Source: a virus
Lineage: Duplodnaviria > Caudoviricetes
DNA: 54,237 nucleotides
Virus record (IMG/VR): IMGVR_UViG_3300046169_000074
Coordinates: 1-54,237 of that record
Direction: 5' to 3' (one strand)
The position numbers were made by a program, and so were the translations under genes. The notes beneath the pieces are model-generated. The model had not been told where the DNA came from, ran no database searches, and saw only the letters and a program-made list of their open reading frames with translations. This document shows, piece after piece, positions 1-10,195 of the stretch; position 1 is the stretch's first letter, and the number at the start of each line of letters is the position of its first letter.

Positions 1-5
1 GGGTT

Positions 6-350
6 ATGTCAAACACTATGTTCGACAAGCTAAACGACTCTACTAGTGTTGAAGACGATAACGGAGGTGTTGTTACCACATTGACTAGCGGTAATAATAT
101 AAGCATATCAGCTACGGGTGAAATATCATCTGAGGCTGTTACTACTAATACTACTTACGGTTTAGGTACTAGTAATGGTGTTACAGCTGGTGATATTGAA
201 TTAAATCTAGATGCTAGCGGTACAGCTAGTGATTCAACAGTTACTATAAGACCAGGCACAGGTATAAGTTTATCTCAAGCCTCGGATGTTTTAACTATAA
301 CTAACGATGTAACCGATACCACGTATGGTTTAGCTACAGCTTTCCAATGA
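6..350 (+). CDS. Upstream fragment of tail fibre gene (probably joined to 562..3681 through frameshifts)
   Basis: Thr/Ser/Gly-rich beta-type sequence (GTGISLSQASDVLTITN) resembling the following fibre ORF; 350-562 has no clean intergenic signals. Confidence 0.5.
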   Translation: MSNTMFDKLNDSTSVEDDNGGVVTTLTSGNNISISATGEISSEAVTTNTTYGLGTSNGVTAGDIELNLDASGTASDSTVTIRPGTGISLSQASDVLTITNDVTDTTYGLATAFQ

Positions 351-561
351 TGGATTGATGTCGTCATCAGACTACAGCAAGTTATTCGGTATAGACTCTG
401 GCGCTCAGGTAAATGTGAAGCCAGATTGGACGGCTGCTGTAGGTGCGTCAAGTGAGATATTAAATAAACCCTACTATACCTTCTGGTAATCAAATAGTAG
501 ACTGGACTACAGACCAAGGTGGTGTTGTAGAGATAGATCCGGCTAACTTCCCTAGCAGTGG

Positions 562-3500
562 TTGGGGAGCTCCATACTCTACATACGCCGCGAAGTTACA
601 GGGTCAGTAGTGAGGCAAGGCCTTGCTACAACTCATAAAGGTGCTATATTATTCTCTAACAGTTCTGACCCAAGTGGTAGTACGCCTAGTTATGTTAGAG
701 CTGATGATGACTTTTACTATAAACACCATACAAACCAGCTTTTTATAAACGAGGTGGTTGGTGACTTAACAGGTACGGCAGATAAAGTTAAAATTACTGA
801 TCATACTAGTAATACTGACGCGTCTTATTACTTAACGTTCTCGGATGGTAGAACTAGTAGCGAGGATTTGGAAGCTGACGTTGGTTTGAAATACAATCCT
901 TTTGAAGGTAAATTATACGTTAGTAGTTTATCTGGTAGTGCTAGCTCAGCGGTGTATGCTAATAAAATAAAATTACAAGAAGAAACGTATATAGATGTTA
1001 ACGACGACCCTACTAAAATGCGAATGGTGTTTGCTGAGGGTGCGAGCTTGGATAGTACTAGCATATCGGCTAATACTTACTATGCACCTAATGATGAGTT
1101 TGTTTACGACACTACAAATAATAAATTAATAGTACCCAACGTAGAGGCAACTTCATTTACCGGAGGTCTTACTGGTAATGTAACTGGCAATCTTACTGGT
1201 TCAGCTACTAAACTAAAGGTGACCAGCGACGACGTATCTACAACCGCTCACAGATTAACTTTTAGCGCCGGCTATGGTAATAGTCAAAGCATGGAATCGT
1301 CTAGTGGTTTAACATTTAAACCAAGTACTGGTGATTTAGTTTCCACGTTATTTACAGGTGCTTTAGTAGGTAATGCTGACACGGCAACTACTGCTACTAC
1401 CGCTACTACTGCTACCACAGCTACTACTGCTACTAATATAGTGGTAACTGACGATGAAAGTACTAACGCTAATCAAGCTTTACTATTTGCTAACTCATTA
1501 AATGGTAGTACCTCAACTGGCGCTAAAAGCGATGGTGATTTATATTACAACCCTAGCACAAGTACGCTACATACACCTTTAATGAAGGGTGACGTAGACG
1601 GTAAAGTTGTTTTTGATATTGTAAACGATGAGGGAACTACTATACCTTTAGGTTCACCTCTATATAGTAAGGGTGAGCTTGGGGCTAGTGGAGTCGTCAA
1701 AGTAGGTATAGCTGATTGTGATGACGTTAATAAAATGCCTTGTATAGGTTTAGCGTTATCTGAATTAGGTACTCAAGAAGACATTGACGATAGAGGCTTA
1801 GGTATAGTTACCGGAGTGTTGAATAGTAGTGCTAATAACACAGCGTTATCTTCGTTTACAAACTTAGTGGTAGGTGATACTTTATACGTTAGTAGTTCTG
1901 GTGGTTTAACACAGACAAAACCAACTGGACAATCTAGTCAAATACAAAACGTAGGTATAGTATTAAAAACTAACAGTACTAAGTGCCAAGGTTTAAAGGT
2001 TAGTGCTATTGGTAGGTCTAATGACGTACCTAATCTAGATCAAGACTATTTGTTTATAGGTAACGCATCTAATCAAGCTGTAGCTACGAGTGCACCTATG
2101 GTTAGTGTTATAACAGCTGCTGACGCCGCCGCCGCGCGAACAGAGCTTGGTATAACTGATCAGTTGGCCGCGGGGTCTTCTGGTGATTTACAATATAGAA
2201 ACGCTAGTACAGGTGAATTTGCTGGGACCACTTATGTTGTTTACAGTCCTAGTAATTACGCTGTCCCGCCAAGGTTAACAATAGGTTCTCCAGCTGAATT
2301 TCTTGTCTCTGGACCTGGTGTATTATTTCCAGGGCTTGTTAGTAATGCTACTCAAACCCACGTAGTTGGTATTGACAGTAATGGTAAGTTGTACAAGCAA
2401 GCTGCTGGTACGGGGACGGGAACAGGCCAAGCAGCTGGACCTGGTAGTGCTATTCAATTTAGAGCTTCCGGTACGGGTGTAACCGCTGGTGTTACTGAGT
2501 TTCAATTTTTAGGCGATTCAATTGGTAAAAAACTGTATGTTGAAGGTAGGGCTACGATAGGAGATTCTGCCAATATAGCTTCAGGCGTTTATGCTTTAGC
2601 TATAGGTACCAACACTAGAGCTCTTTCTCAAGACGCTTTCGCACTTGGTGAAGACGCTATAGCTTCTGGTAGACAAAGTATAGCCGGTGGATATGACTGT
2701 ACAGCAAGTGGAGCCGCGTCTTTTGCTATTGGAGCTTTAACAACTGCTTCAGGAGAGAGAGCAATAGCATTTGGTGCAAACAATGAAGTTGAATCCATAG
2801 ATGGTGTTGTTATGGGGCAGAGTCATTCTGTAACTCAAGATAGTGCAAGGTCTTTAACTCTTGGTTTTGAAAACACTAACCATGCGCCTAACACCCTTTT
2901 GATGGGTCAAGAGAATATTATCAACAAAACCTTTGTAGACGGGTCAGCAGGTGCTGGTGTGGGTTCATTTGTTGGTGGATATTCAAACCAAACAATGTCT
3001 AATGATGGTATTATTTTCGGCTCTCTATGTAATGGTAATTTAGGTAGCCCCGGTTCTGATAACTCTAAAAACCAATTCTTATTTGGTTTAGGTTTGGCAA
3101 TACCAAAAAATAATGCAGGTGACGCAGCGGGACAAAGTCAAACAGTCGTAGGTAAATACAACTCAGACCAAAACCAAGCTCACACTTTGTTTGCAGTAGG
3201 TAATGGAACTTCTACTGTAAGAGCCAACGCCTTTCTTGTAGATGACGCGGGGAGAGTAGGTATTGGTTATGATTTACCAACATATACATTGGATGTTGTT
3301 GGTGATGCAAGAAAATCAATAGGTGGCTCTACTTGGGCGACAACTTCTGATGAGAGAGTAAAGAAAAATATTAGACCATACGAAAAGGGCTTATCAGAAA
3401 TAACACAAATAGAAACTAAGGTTTTTAACTATAATGGTAAAGGTGGTACTATTGATGATTCAATAGACAACGTAGGTGTAATAGCACAAGAAATATCAAA

Positions 3501-3681
3501 AGTTTTTCCTAACACAGTAGAAGCGTATAACTCTAAATTAGATAAAAACGATGATGAGGAAACAGAGATATTATCTTTCAACCCTAACGAATTAACTTAT
3601 GCTTTAATTAACTCGGTAAAAGAATTAAACGAAGAAATAAAAGCTTTAAAACAAGAAATACAACAATTAAAAAATAGTTAA
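562..3681 (+). CDS. Tail fibre/spike with YadA-like head repeats and C-terminal intramolecular chaperone (peptidase S74-like)
   Basis: GNVTGNLTG and TAT repeats; ASGxxA(F/I)A(I/L)G repeats; TSDERVKKNI...VGVIAQEI...LINSVKEL then a coiled coil. Confidence 0.85.
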   Translation: MGSSILYIRREVTGSVVRQGLATTHKGAILFSNSSDPSGSTPSYVRADDDFYYKHHTNQLFINEVVGDLTGTADKVKITDHTSNTDASYYLTFSDGRTSSEDLEADVGLKYNPFEGKLYVSSLSGSASSAVYANKIKLQEETYIDVNDDPTKMRMVFAEGASLDSTSISANTYYAPNDEFVYDTTNNKLIVPNVEATSFTGGLTGNVTGNLTGSATKLKVTSDDVSTTAHRLTFSAGYGNSQSMESSSGLTFKPSTGDLVSTLFTGALVGNADTATTATTATTATTATTATNIVVTDDESTNANQALLFANSLNGSTSTGAKSDGDLYYNPSTSTLHTPLMKGDVDGKVVFDIVNDEGTTIPLGSPLYSKGELGASGVVKVGIADCDDVNKMPCIGLALSELGTQEDIDDRGLGIVTGVLNSSANNTALSSFTNLVVGDTLYVSSSGGLTQTKPTGQSSQIQNVGIVLKTNSTKCQGLKVSAIGRSNDVPNLDQDYLFIGNASNQAVATSAPMVSVITAADAAAARTELGITDQLAAGSSGDLQYRNASTGEFAGTTYVVYSPSNYAVPPRLTIGSPAEFLVSGPGVLFPGLVSNATQTHVVGIDSNGKLYKQAAGTGTGTGQAAGPGSAIQFRASGTGVTAGVTEFQFLGDSIGKKLYVEGRATIGDSANIASGVYALAIGTNTRALSQDAFALGEDAIASGRQSIAGGYDCTASGAASFAIGALTTASGERAIAFGANNEVESIDGVVMGQSHSVTQDSARSLTLGFENTNHAPNTLLMGQENIINKTFVDGSAGAGVGSFVGGYSNQTMSNDGIIFGSLCNGNLGSPGSDNSKNQFLFGLGLAIPKNNAGDAAGQSQTVVGKYNSDQNQAHTLFAVGNGTSTVRANAFLVDDAGRVGIGYDLPTYTLDVVGDARKSIGGSTWATTSDERVKKNIRPYEKGLSEITQIETKVFNYNGKGGTIDDSIDNVGVIAQEISKVFPNTVEAYNSKLDKNDDEETEILSFNPNELTYALINSVKELNEEIKALKQEIQQLKNS
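1381..1434 (+). repeat. In-frame 9-bp tandem repeat encoding (Thr-Ala-Thr)x6
   Basis: acggcaact actgctact accgctact actgctacc acagctact actgctact. Confidence 0.85.
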
Positions 3682-3682
3682 T

Positions 3683-3973
3683 ATGGCTAAGTACAACAAT
3701 ATAGTAACGGCTGACACTCACACATTAACTCCATTAGCTTCTGGTTTTGGTAGTATATCTAGTATTTATATATCAAACAATGATAGTAATAGTACGGATA
3801 TAGATGTGTTCTTAGACACCGGTACTAACCAATATTACTTCGTAAAAGGGTTAAATATACCGGCTAACACTTCTTTAGTCTTAGAGGATAGTATACCTTT
3901 TGATTCTAACACTTATAGTTTAAAAATAACAAACACTGGTTTGACACCAAATTTAACCGTAATAATAACTTAA
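3683..3973 (+). CDS. Hypothetical protein, probably tail-associated
   Basis: 96-aa ORF abutting the fibre gene; beta-rich. Confidence 0.6.
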   Translation: MAKYNNIVTADTHTLTPLASGFGSISSIYISNNDSNSTDIDVFLDTGTNQYYFVKGLNIPANTSLVLEDSIPFDSNTYSLKITNTGLTPNLTVIIT

Positions 3974-3974
3974 C

Positions 3975-4301
3975 ATGGAAGAAAATAAATTAGATATAAC
4001 AGAAGGTTCTAAGATAAACTTAGACATTAAAAGTTTAATAGGTATAGTAATGGGTATCGTTTCGCTAGCTGGGATATGGTTTACATTGACAGCTGAAATA
4101 GATCAGCTACAATTAGACGTTGTTCGCATGCAAGACGCTGTTAAGTTGAACGAGGAGTTTAGAATCAAATGGCCCCGTGGCGAGATGGGTGCATTACCAG
4201 ATGACGCTAAGCAAGATTTAAAAATAGAGTACCTACAAGAAGATGTAGAGTATTTAGAAGGTGTAGTTAAGGCTATAGAAATAGAGCAAGCTAAGAAGTA
4301 G
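3975..4301 (+). CDS. Single-TM plus coiled-coil protein, possible lysis accessory
   Basis: Hydrophobic LIGIVMGIVSLAGIWFTL; adjacent to endolysin. Confidence 0.5.
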   Translation: MEENKLDITEGSKINLDIKSLIGIVMGIVSLAGIWFTLTAEIDQLQLDVVRMQDAVKLNEEFRIKWPRGEMGALPDDAKQDLKIEYLQEDVEYLEGVVKAIEIEQAKK

Positions 4302-4319
4302 TTATTTGTAGTGATTATA
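4292..4319 (+). promoter_or_regulatory. Class II promoter-like motif (TAAV-N15-GTRAYTATA)
   Basis: TAAG-N15-GTGATTATA upstream of endolysin. Confidence 0.6.
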
Positions 4320-4347
4320 GTATTAAGACTAAATTATTTTATAATAT

Positions 4348-4803
4348 ATGAGACTAAGTAAAAACTTTGTACTGTCAGAGATTACTAGAAGTAGTACTGC
4401 GGTAAGATTAGGAATAAACAATGGACCAGATAAAGAGCATTTACAAAACATTCAGCATCTTATTACGCAAATTGTACAACCGATGCGAGACGATTTGGGT
4501 CCTATTCGCATTAGTTCTGGTTATCGCAGCCCAGTACTCAATTCTACCATTGGTGGTAGTAACAAGAGTCAGCATTGTAAAGGCCAAGCTCTGGATCTCC
4601 AGTTTTGGGAAGGTGGAAAAATGAATAATAAAAAGATTTATGATTGGATAATAGACAGTGGTTTAGAGTTCGATCAAATGATAAACGAGTTTGATTTTGC
4701 TTGGATACATTTATCGTTAAAAATAGAAGGTAATAGGAAACAAATCCTAGAAGCTTATAAAGACGATAATAACAAAACAAAATACAGACTAGCTAATGGA
4801 TAA
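4348..4803 (+). CDS. Peptidase M15A-family endolysin
   Basis: LSKNFVLSE, ISSGYRS, SQHCKGQALD, WIH zinc-ligand motifs. Confidence 0.85.
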   Translation: MRLSKNFVLSEITRSSTAVRLGINNGPDKEHLQNIQHLITQIVQPMRDDLGPIRISSGYRSPVLNSTIGGSNKSQHCKGQALDLQFWEGGKMNNKKIYDWIIDSGLEFDQMINEFDFAWIHLSLKIEGNRKQILEAYKDDNNKTKYRLANG

Positions 4804-5452
4804 TAAAAGTAAGAAACCACCAAAAGGTAATATAAAATTTAATATAACTTTATCGGAAGAACAAAAAGCAGCTAAAGAGCAGATAATGAATCATGCTTTT
4901 AGCTTTGTTGTCGGCAAGGCTGGTAGTGGTAAAACATTACTAGCTGTTCAAGTAGCTTTAGATATGTACTTTAAAAGACAGTACAATAAAATAGTTATTA
5001 CTAGACCAACTGTCTCAACTGAAGACAACGGGTTTCTACCTGGTACTGAAAAAGAGAAGTTGGAACCTTGGCTCGTACCGATTATGTCTAACATGCGGAA
5101 AGTCTATAACAAACCTGATAAGCTTAAAACTATGGTTGACAGCGAAGAGGTTGAGTTAGTTTCGTTAACGCATTTTAGAGGTAGAACATTTGACAACGCC
5201 GTGGTTATTGTAGATGAGTTTCAAAACTTAACTAAGTCACAATTAAGAATGGCTTTAGGTAGATTAGGTAAAGACTCTATTATGATTTTCTGCGGTGACA
5301 ACCAACAAGTAGATCTTAAAGATGCATTTAACTCAGCTATAGATGATGTACCTAAGATAAACAATTGCAAGCATGTTTATAAAGTCATACTGAAAGACAA
5401 CCATAGACATAAAGCTATAGATGAAGTATTAGAATTATTAACAGGATATTGA
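4796..5452 (+). CDS. phoH: PhoH-family ATPase
   Basis: GKAGSGKT, ITRP, GFLPG, RGRTF, VDEFQN, GDNQQVD. Confidence 0.92.
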   Translation: MDNKSKKPPKGNIKFNITLSEEQKAAKEQIMNHAFSFVVGKAGSGKTLLAVQVALDMYFKRQYNKIVITRPTVSTEDNGFLPGTEKEKLEPWLVPIMSNMRKVYNKPDKLKTMVDSEEVELVSLTHFRGRTFDNAVVIVDEFQNLTKSQLRMALGRLGKDSIMIFCGDNQQVDLKDAFNSAIDDVPKINNCKHVYKVILKDNHRHKAIDEVLELLTGY

Positions 5453-5453
5453 T

Positions 5454-5750
5454 ATGGCAAGATTAGACAAATCAAAAATGGCTTGCAACAAGCCTAGGAA
5501 GTCACCTAAAGCGGGTAAGAAGAAAGTAGTTAAAGCTTGTAGTGGTGGTAAAGAAAAATTAATACACTTTGGCGCTAGCGGTTATGGCCACAACTACTCG
5601 GCTGCTGCTAGAAAAAGCTTTAGAGCTAGACATAAATGTGGTCAAGCAAAAGATAAGCTATCAGCTAGATATTGGGCTTGTAAAAATTTATGGGCAGGTA
5701 AAGGTGGTAGCACTAAGTCTAGCCCTAAAGGTAAAAAGGGTAAGTACTAA
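5454..5750 (+). CDS. Small highly basic protein
   Basis: Lys/Arg-rich 98 aa with LIHFG, RKSFRARHKC, ARYWAC. Confidence 0.7.
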   Translation: MARLDKSKMACNKPRKSPKAGKKKVVKACSGGKEKLIHFGASGYGHNYSAAARKSFRARHKCGQAKDKLSARYWACKNLWAGKGGSTKSSPKGKKGKY

Positions 5751-5751
5751 A

Positions 5752-5780
5752 AAAGGGAGGTTATTAAGCCTCCCTTTATT
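5752..5780. terminator. Intrinsic terminator, likely bidirectional
   Basis: aaagggaggtt-attaa-gcctcccttt hairpin near the convergence of the two blocks. Confidence 0.8.
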
Positions 5781-5805
5781 AATATAAACTTAACTTTAAG
5801 TTAGT

Positions 5806-5833
5806 TAACTGCTGAATCGTTTTAGTAATTATC
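5806..5833 (+). promoter_or_regulatory. Class II promoter-like motif
   Basis: TAAC-N15-GTAATTATC, after a terminator and 5 nt before an ATG. Confidence 0.55.
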
Positions 5834-5838
5834 TAGCT

Positions 5839-5913
5839 ATGAAAAGAAAAGTTGAAATAAGTAAACTACTATATGTAGTAATAATGATCGTGGCTTACGC
5901 TGTATCGATCTAA
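5839..5913 (+). CDS. 24-aa hydrophobic peptide MKRKVEISKLLYVVIMIVAYAVSI
   Basis: ATG..TAA read by hand; basic N-terminus plus TM-like stretch; stop overlaps the nrdA stop. Confidence 0.45.
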   Translation: MKRKVEISKLLYVVIMIVAYAVSI

Positions 5914-7536
5914 CCTTCGCAAGAAGAACACTCTAGTATATTCCTACTAAATGCTTGTGCAGAGCTTTTACTAAATTGATAGTATAAAGTTTTAACACCT
6001 TCCTTCCAAGCATATAAATACAACTGATTAATATCTTTAGCTGGTACACTAGGATCTATCATTAAGTTTAGGCTTTGTGATTGATCTATATACTTCTGTC
6101 TTTGAGCAGCTTGTAATACTATTTCTTTAGGTGATATTTCTACAAACGACTTGAAAACTTCTTTAGTCGGAAAATTTAAATGCTGAACCGAACCATCCTT
6201 GTTTAGTATATCCTCCCAAACTTCATCTGTATTCAAACCATACTTATCTAGCTCACACTCTAAAAAGGGGTTTTTATATACTGTTTTAGACTTAGCTAAA
6301 TCCTTTACAAAGTAATTAGACTTGATAGGTTCAATACCCATACTAACTGCTCCGTGGATGAATGAGCTAGATTTAGTAGGTGCAATAGCCATTAATGTTG
6401 TGTTTGCAAAACCTTCGCGTATACATTCATATCCCTTGTATTCAGAGAGCCATTTAGAAGCCGTCTCTGATCGTTCTTTTATAGTCTTGAATATTTCATT
6501 GTTCAAAGCTTTAGCCTGCAGAGAATCAAAGTTTATTAACTTAGATTGAAACAGAGAATGGTAACCTAAAACTCCTACGCCAATAGCTCTATGCTGTGAA
6601 GCAAACCTATTAGCTCTAGCTAAACCAGGTAGCGTAGCAGATTTGACAATGAACTCATCTAAAACAGCATTTAAAAACTGAGTATATACCTCAATAGCGT
6701 CAGTGCTTTTAATTTCATCCCAGTGTAACAGGTTAATAGAACCTAAACAACACACGAAAGAGTTGAAGCTATCAGTTGGCAACTGTATTTCAGAGCATAA
6801 GTTTGAAGCTGTAATATCTAAACCTAACTCTTTGTAAGGTGAGTTATTATTAGAGTTGTCTTTAAACATTATGTATGGAAAACCAAACTCAGATCTTCGC
6901 TGAATTATCTTAGCCCAAACTTCTCTCTTCTTTTTACTACCCTTAGACATACTCTGCATCCATTCATCTGTAACGGTGATACCGTATTGTAGATTTTGAA
7001 TAGGGTTTCCTTCTGTACCAATATCCAGAAACTCTAATATATCAGCATGTTCAACAGGTAGATATACAGCACAAGCACCTCTTCTAGCCTCAGCTTGCTT
7101 AGCAAACATCGACAGTGGTATCGTACATACGAGCATAATGAACAGGTCCGTCAGCTTTACCACCAGTTGAAATAACTGTACCTCGTGGTCTTATATTTCC
7201 TAAATAAGCTGATGTTCCTCCTCCATATTTAGACATCATACCGATCTCCCTAGATGCATTTAGAATTGAATCAAGATTGTCATCAATGTTAGATCCGTAA
7301 CAACTAATTGGTAAACCTTTATTTTTACCAAAGTTTATCCACACAGGAGTAGACAAGGAGTAAAAACCCCTTGCCATATAGTCTTCAAACTTCTGAGCGA
7401 ATCCATCTATCTTTAAATGTTTCTCAGCTGTGTTAGCTATATCTTTAATTCTTTGTTCTGGTGTCTCGGTTATGTAACCTCTAGACAAGAACAGCCTGGA
7501 CTCATCATTGAGCCAATAATATTTCTTTCGTTCCAT
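5910..7536 (-). CDS. nrdA: Ribonucleotide reductase class I alpha subunit (one extra base near 7101)
   Basis: PISC, GGGTS, RRGA, SNLCSEI, CCLGS, AIAPTKSS, IDQSQSLN, KTLYY, C-terminal CSSCEG; the two ORFs join if one base is removed. Confidence 0.92.
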
Positions 7537-8519
7537 TAAAATAAATCGTCTGCGGTTATACTTTTACTTTTCTTATTGTAATCAACTGATTTTTTATAGA
7601 AGAAATCACCTTCTTTAGTAGCTGTAATCTCAACATCAAACCACTTAGTTTGTTCAAGGGCTTTTTTATCAACTTCAAACACAGAATCATATCCTATTTT
7701 TTCTAGTGAATTATTGAATCTATTTTTAATAAATTCCTTAATAGTATCTTTACTTAGGAAGCTAAGCTCTCCAGCTTCAAATATCCAGTCTAATACATCG
7801 CACTCAGCTTTATAAGCTTTAGCACATGCTGATTCAATGAGTTGTTTAAAGTCCTCATCAAACCACTCTGGATTTTCTGATCTTATTATATTTATAATTT
7901 CAGCACCAAAGTTACCGTGTATTTCCTCTTCTTTAGATGTTGCTTCAACTACGTTAGATATACCCTTTAGTACATTATTATTCTTATTGAAAGACATCAT
8001 AATCAAAAACTGACTAAACAAGCTAACGTGTTCTATAAATAAAGAAAACAACAATACCGACTTAGTGTACATCTTGTTATCTCTAGATCTAGTACCGTCT
8101 AAGTATTTAGTTAGGTATTTTATCCTAGCTTCAATAGCAGGTACATCAACAACTGTTTTAAATTCTTCTTCTAAACCTAGTATCCTAATCAACCTAGCAT
8201 AAGCATCCTTATGTCTAACTTCAGATTCTGCAAATGTCATACCTACATCACCAACCTCAGTGATAGGCATTCGCTTATACATATCAGCCCAAAATGTTTT
8301 AACACTAACTTCTATCTGAGCTATCGATAACATAGTCTTCTTAATTATATCTCGTTCTTGTTCAGATATATTAACCTTGAAGTCTTGTACATCGTCAGTA
8401 AAATTAAACTCAGTATCAATCCAATACGAGTGTCTTATAGCATCTTTGTAATCAAGTAGTTGTGGATATTGATACGGTAATATGTTAACTCTTTTTTCAA
8501 ATATATTATTCTTCTTCAT
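7536..8519 (-). CDS. nrdB: Ribonucleotide reductase class I beta subunit
   Basis: ESEVRHKDAY, EHVSLFSQF, EEEIH diiron motifs, DFF; likely start MKKNN. Confidence 0.92.
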   Translation of the reverse strand: MKKNNIFEKRVNILPYQYPQLLDYKDAIRHSYWIDTEFNFTDDVQDFKVNISEQERDIIKKTMLSIAQIEVSVKTFWADMYKRMPITEVGDVGMTFAESEVRHKDAYARLIRILGLEEEFKTVVDVPAIEARIKYLTKYLDGTRSRDNKMYTKSVLLFSLFIEHVSLFSQFLIMMSFNKNNNVLKGISNVVEATSKEEEIHGNFGAEIINIIRSENPEWFDEDFKQLIESACAKAYKAECDVLDWIFEAGELSFLSKDTIKEFIKNRFNNSLEKIGYDSVFEVDKKALEQTKWFDVEITATKEGDFFYKKSVDYNKKSKSITADDLF

Positions 8520-8667
8520 CGTAGAATTGTTCAATTGTTAAACAAACATCTACGAATGGTAAATAAAATACGTGATTAGATAATTGAGACTCTTCAGTCT
8601 CTGTGTTGTAACTTCTAAACCCTAATAGTATACCAGGGTATAAACCTAATGTCAATGTCCAATTCAT
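8506..8667 (-). CDS. 53-aa hypothetical protein
   Basis: MNWTLTLGLYPGILLGFRSY...YLPFVDV read by hand; fills the gap in the operon. Confidence 0.6.
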   Translation of the reverse strand: MNWTLTLGLYPGILLGFRSYNTETEESQLSNHVFYLPFVDVCLTIEQFYDEEE

Positions 8668-8668
8668 A

Positions 8669-9118
8669 TTACTTTCTTTTTTGTTTAATTAATTCTATAA
8701 CTAAGTCGCATTCCTTTTGGTTTTGAGGCTTGTATAAAGTTACATGTTTCATTTTATGGTTTACATATTTTTTAAACATCTTCCAACGCAAAGGAAAACT
8801 TTCGTTTGCTCGACCTTTAGTTTCTATTACAAAGTCATGGCTAATGAAATCAGGTGTATATTTAATAGGTAGTATTTTTTTACAACCCCTATTTACTAAA
8901 TCGCCTTTACCATTAGCTTGGCGTTCGTAACTTTCTACTTCAAACTCAAAACTTTCTTGCAATGTAAATGTACAACCTTCGTAGTCAGCTTTTATACCAG
9001 CTTCTTTAAGAGCTTTGTACATATACTTTTCTAAGCCAGAAGCGAAGGTGATGCCATCATACACCACCTTCTTAGCTCTTACTGGGCCTTTACGTTTAAC
9101 TCGCTTTTTCATCCGCAA
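8669..9118 (-). CDS. T7 endonuclease I-like Holliday junction resolvase
   Basis: FASGLE, YTPDF, VIETKG (PD-(D/E)xK). Confidence 0.8.
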   Translation of the reverse strand: MRMKKRVKRKGPVRAKKVVYDGITFASGLEKYMYKALKEAGIKADYEGCTFTLQESFEFEVESYERQANGKGDLVNRGCKKILPIKYTPDFISHDFVIETKGRANESFPLRWKMFKKYVNHKMKHVTLYKPQNQKECDLVIELIKQKRK

Positions 9119-9395
9119 ACTTATCTAGCTTCAACATTTCTTCAGCTATTGATTCTTTAGCTGATTGAAGATATAATATAGCATCCATTAATTCTTCTTG
9201 TACATCATTTAGATAACCGAATAAGTCTTTATGACCACCAGCTCTTTCGTCATTAAGAGTTCTACCATACTTTTGAAAACCTACATCAGATCGTTCTACA
9301 AACTTATCACATACGTTTCTTACTACTGGGTCTCTAAATTTATACATTTTAGATTCTACTGCATCCATACTGTCGTATATTTCTCTGCTACTCAT
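9096..9395 (-). CDS. Putative all-alpha NTP pyrophosphohydrolase-like protein
   Basis: GFQKYGRTL...VQEELMDAILY (EExxD). Confidence 0.5.
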   Translation of the reverse strand: MSSREIYDSMDAVESKMYKFRDPVVRNVCDKFVERSDVGFQKYGRTLNDERAGGHKDLFGYLNDVQEELMDAILYLQSAKESIAEEMLKLDKFADEKAS

Positions 9396-10195
9396 AAAGA
9401 TTGTTTTACAAAAGTTCCATTAATCATTTTACCTTTCCTGTTTTTAATTTCAGCATAAGCCGCATCAATACATCTCTCGATAGAAGTCTCGGTCATGTGA
9501 GCTAGGTTGGTTAACACTACAACCATATCGCCTATAGCATCAATGATTTCTGCACGATCTTCCTTTAACAAAGCACTACCAAGCTCTCCAGCTTCTTCCA
9601 TTAACTTTAGATACTGTGTTTTAGCATTACCTTCATTGTACAAACCTCTTTCGTGAGCCCATTCACGTATCATAGTAAATCTTAAAGCTTCAGCTTGAGG
9701 TACTTTAACTAGGTCATCAAAGTTCTTAGATTGATCTGACCACGAACCTAGTTTTTTATTGTAAACAAAACACCTATTTTCATTGTAATAAGATGGTTTA
9801 ACATTACTCATTATCCAGTCTACACTTTTAGGTGATAGGACTACGTCACCATATTCAGTACTCCATTCCATACCTATGTTATCAAGCAATTGTCCTTTAA
9901 GCTTGCTCACTGGGCAAGGGAACGTAGTAGTTTGTTCAGTTATATTAATATCCATACTATTTAATTTGGTTTTATTAGGTTTTAAATCTTTATAAGGTGT
10001 TGTATCAACTCTATACCCATATTCTTTTTGAAGATCAATCTCACGCTTAGATATGTAATGCATGTCTTTAGACACGTCTAATATCTCGTACTCATGAGCT
10101 TCGTAACCTTGTTGGTCTGTAACTCTACGTTGTAAATTTTTAGTTACACCAATCTTCTTGCCGGGTATGTGGTAAATGTAATAATTAGGTTCCAT
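9392..10195 (-). CDS. N-terminal GIY-YIG-like domain fused to C-terminal MazG-like pyrophosphatase
   Basis: YYIYHIPGKKIGVTKNLQRR...RE; QYLKLMEEAGEL...IIDAIGDMVVVL; likely start MEPNY. Confidence 0.7.
   Translation of the reverse strand: MEPNYYIYHIPGKKIGVTKNLQRRVTDQQGYEAHEYEILDVSKDMHYISKREIDLQKEYGYRVDTTPYKDLKPNKTKLNSMDINITEQTTTFPCPVSKLKGQLLDNIGMEWSTEYGDVVLSPKSVDWIMSNVKPSYYNENRCFVYNKKLGSWSDQSKNFDDLVKVPQAEALRFTMIREWAHERGLYNEGNAKTQYLKLMEEAGELGSALLKEDRAEIIDAIGDMVVVLTNLAHMTETSIERCIDAAYAEIKNRKGKMINGTFVKQSL

Noticed and set aside
7099-7163. Split nrdA, intron or programmed frameshift
   Set aside because: Removing one base restores a continuous protein; no intervening sequence or slippery site; same pattern in other genes
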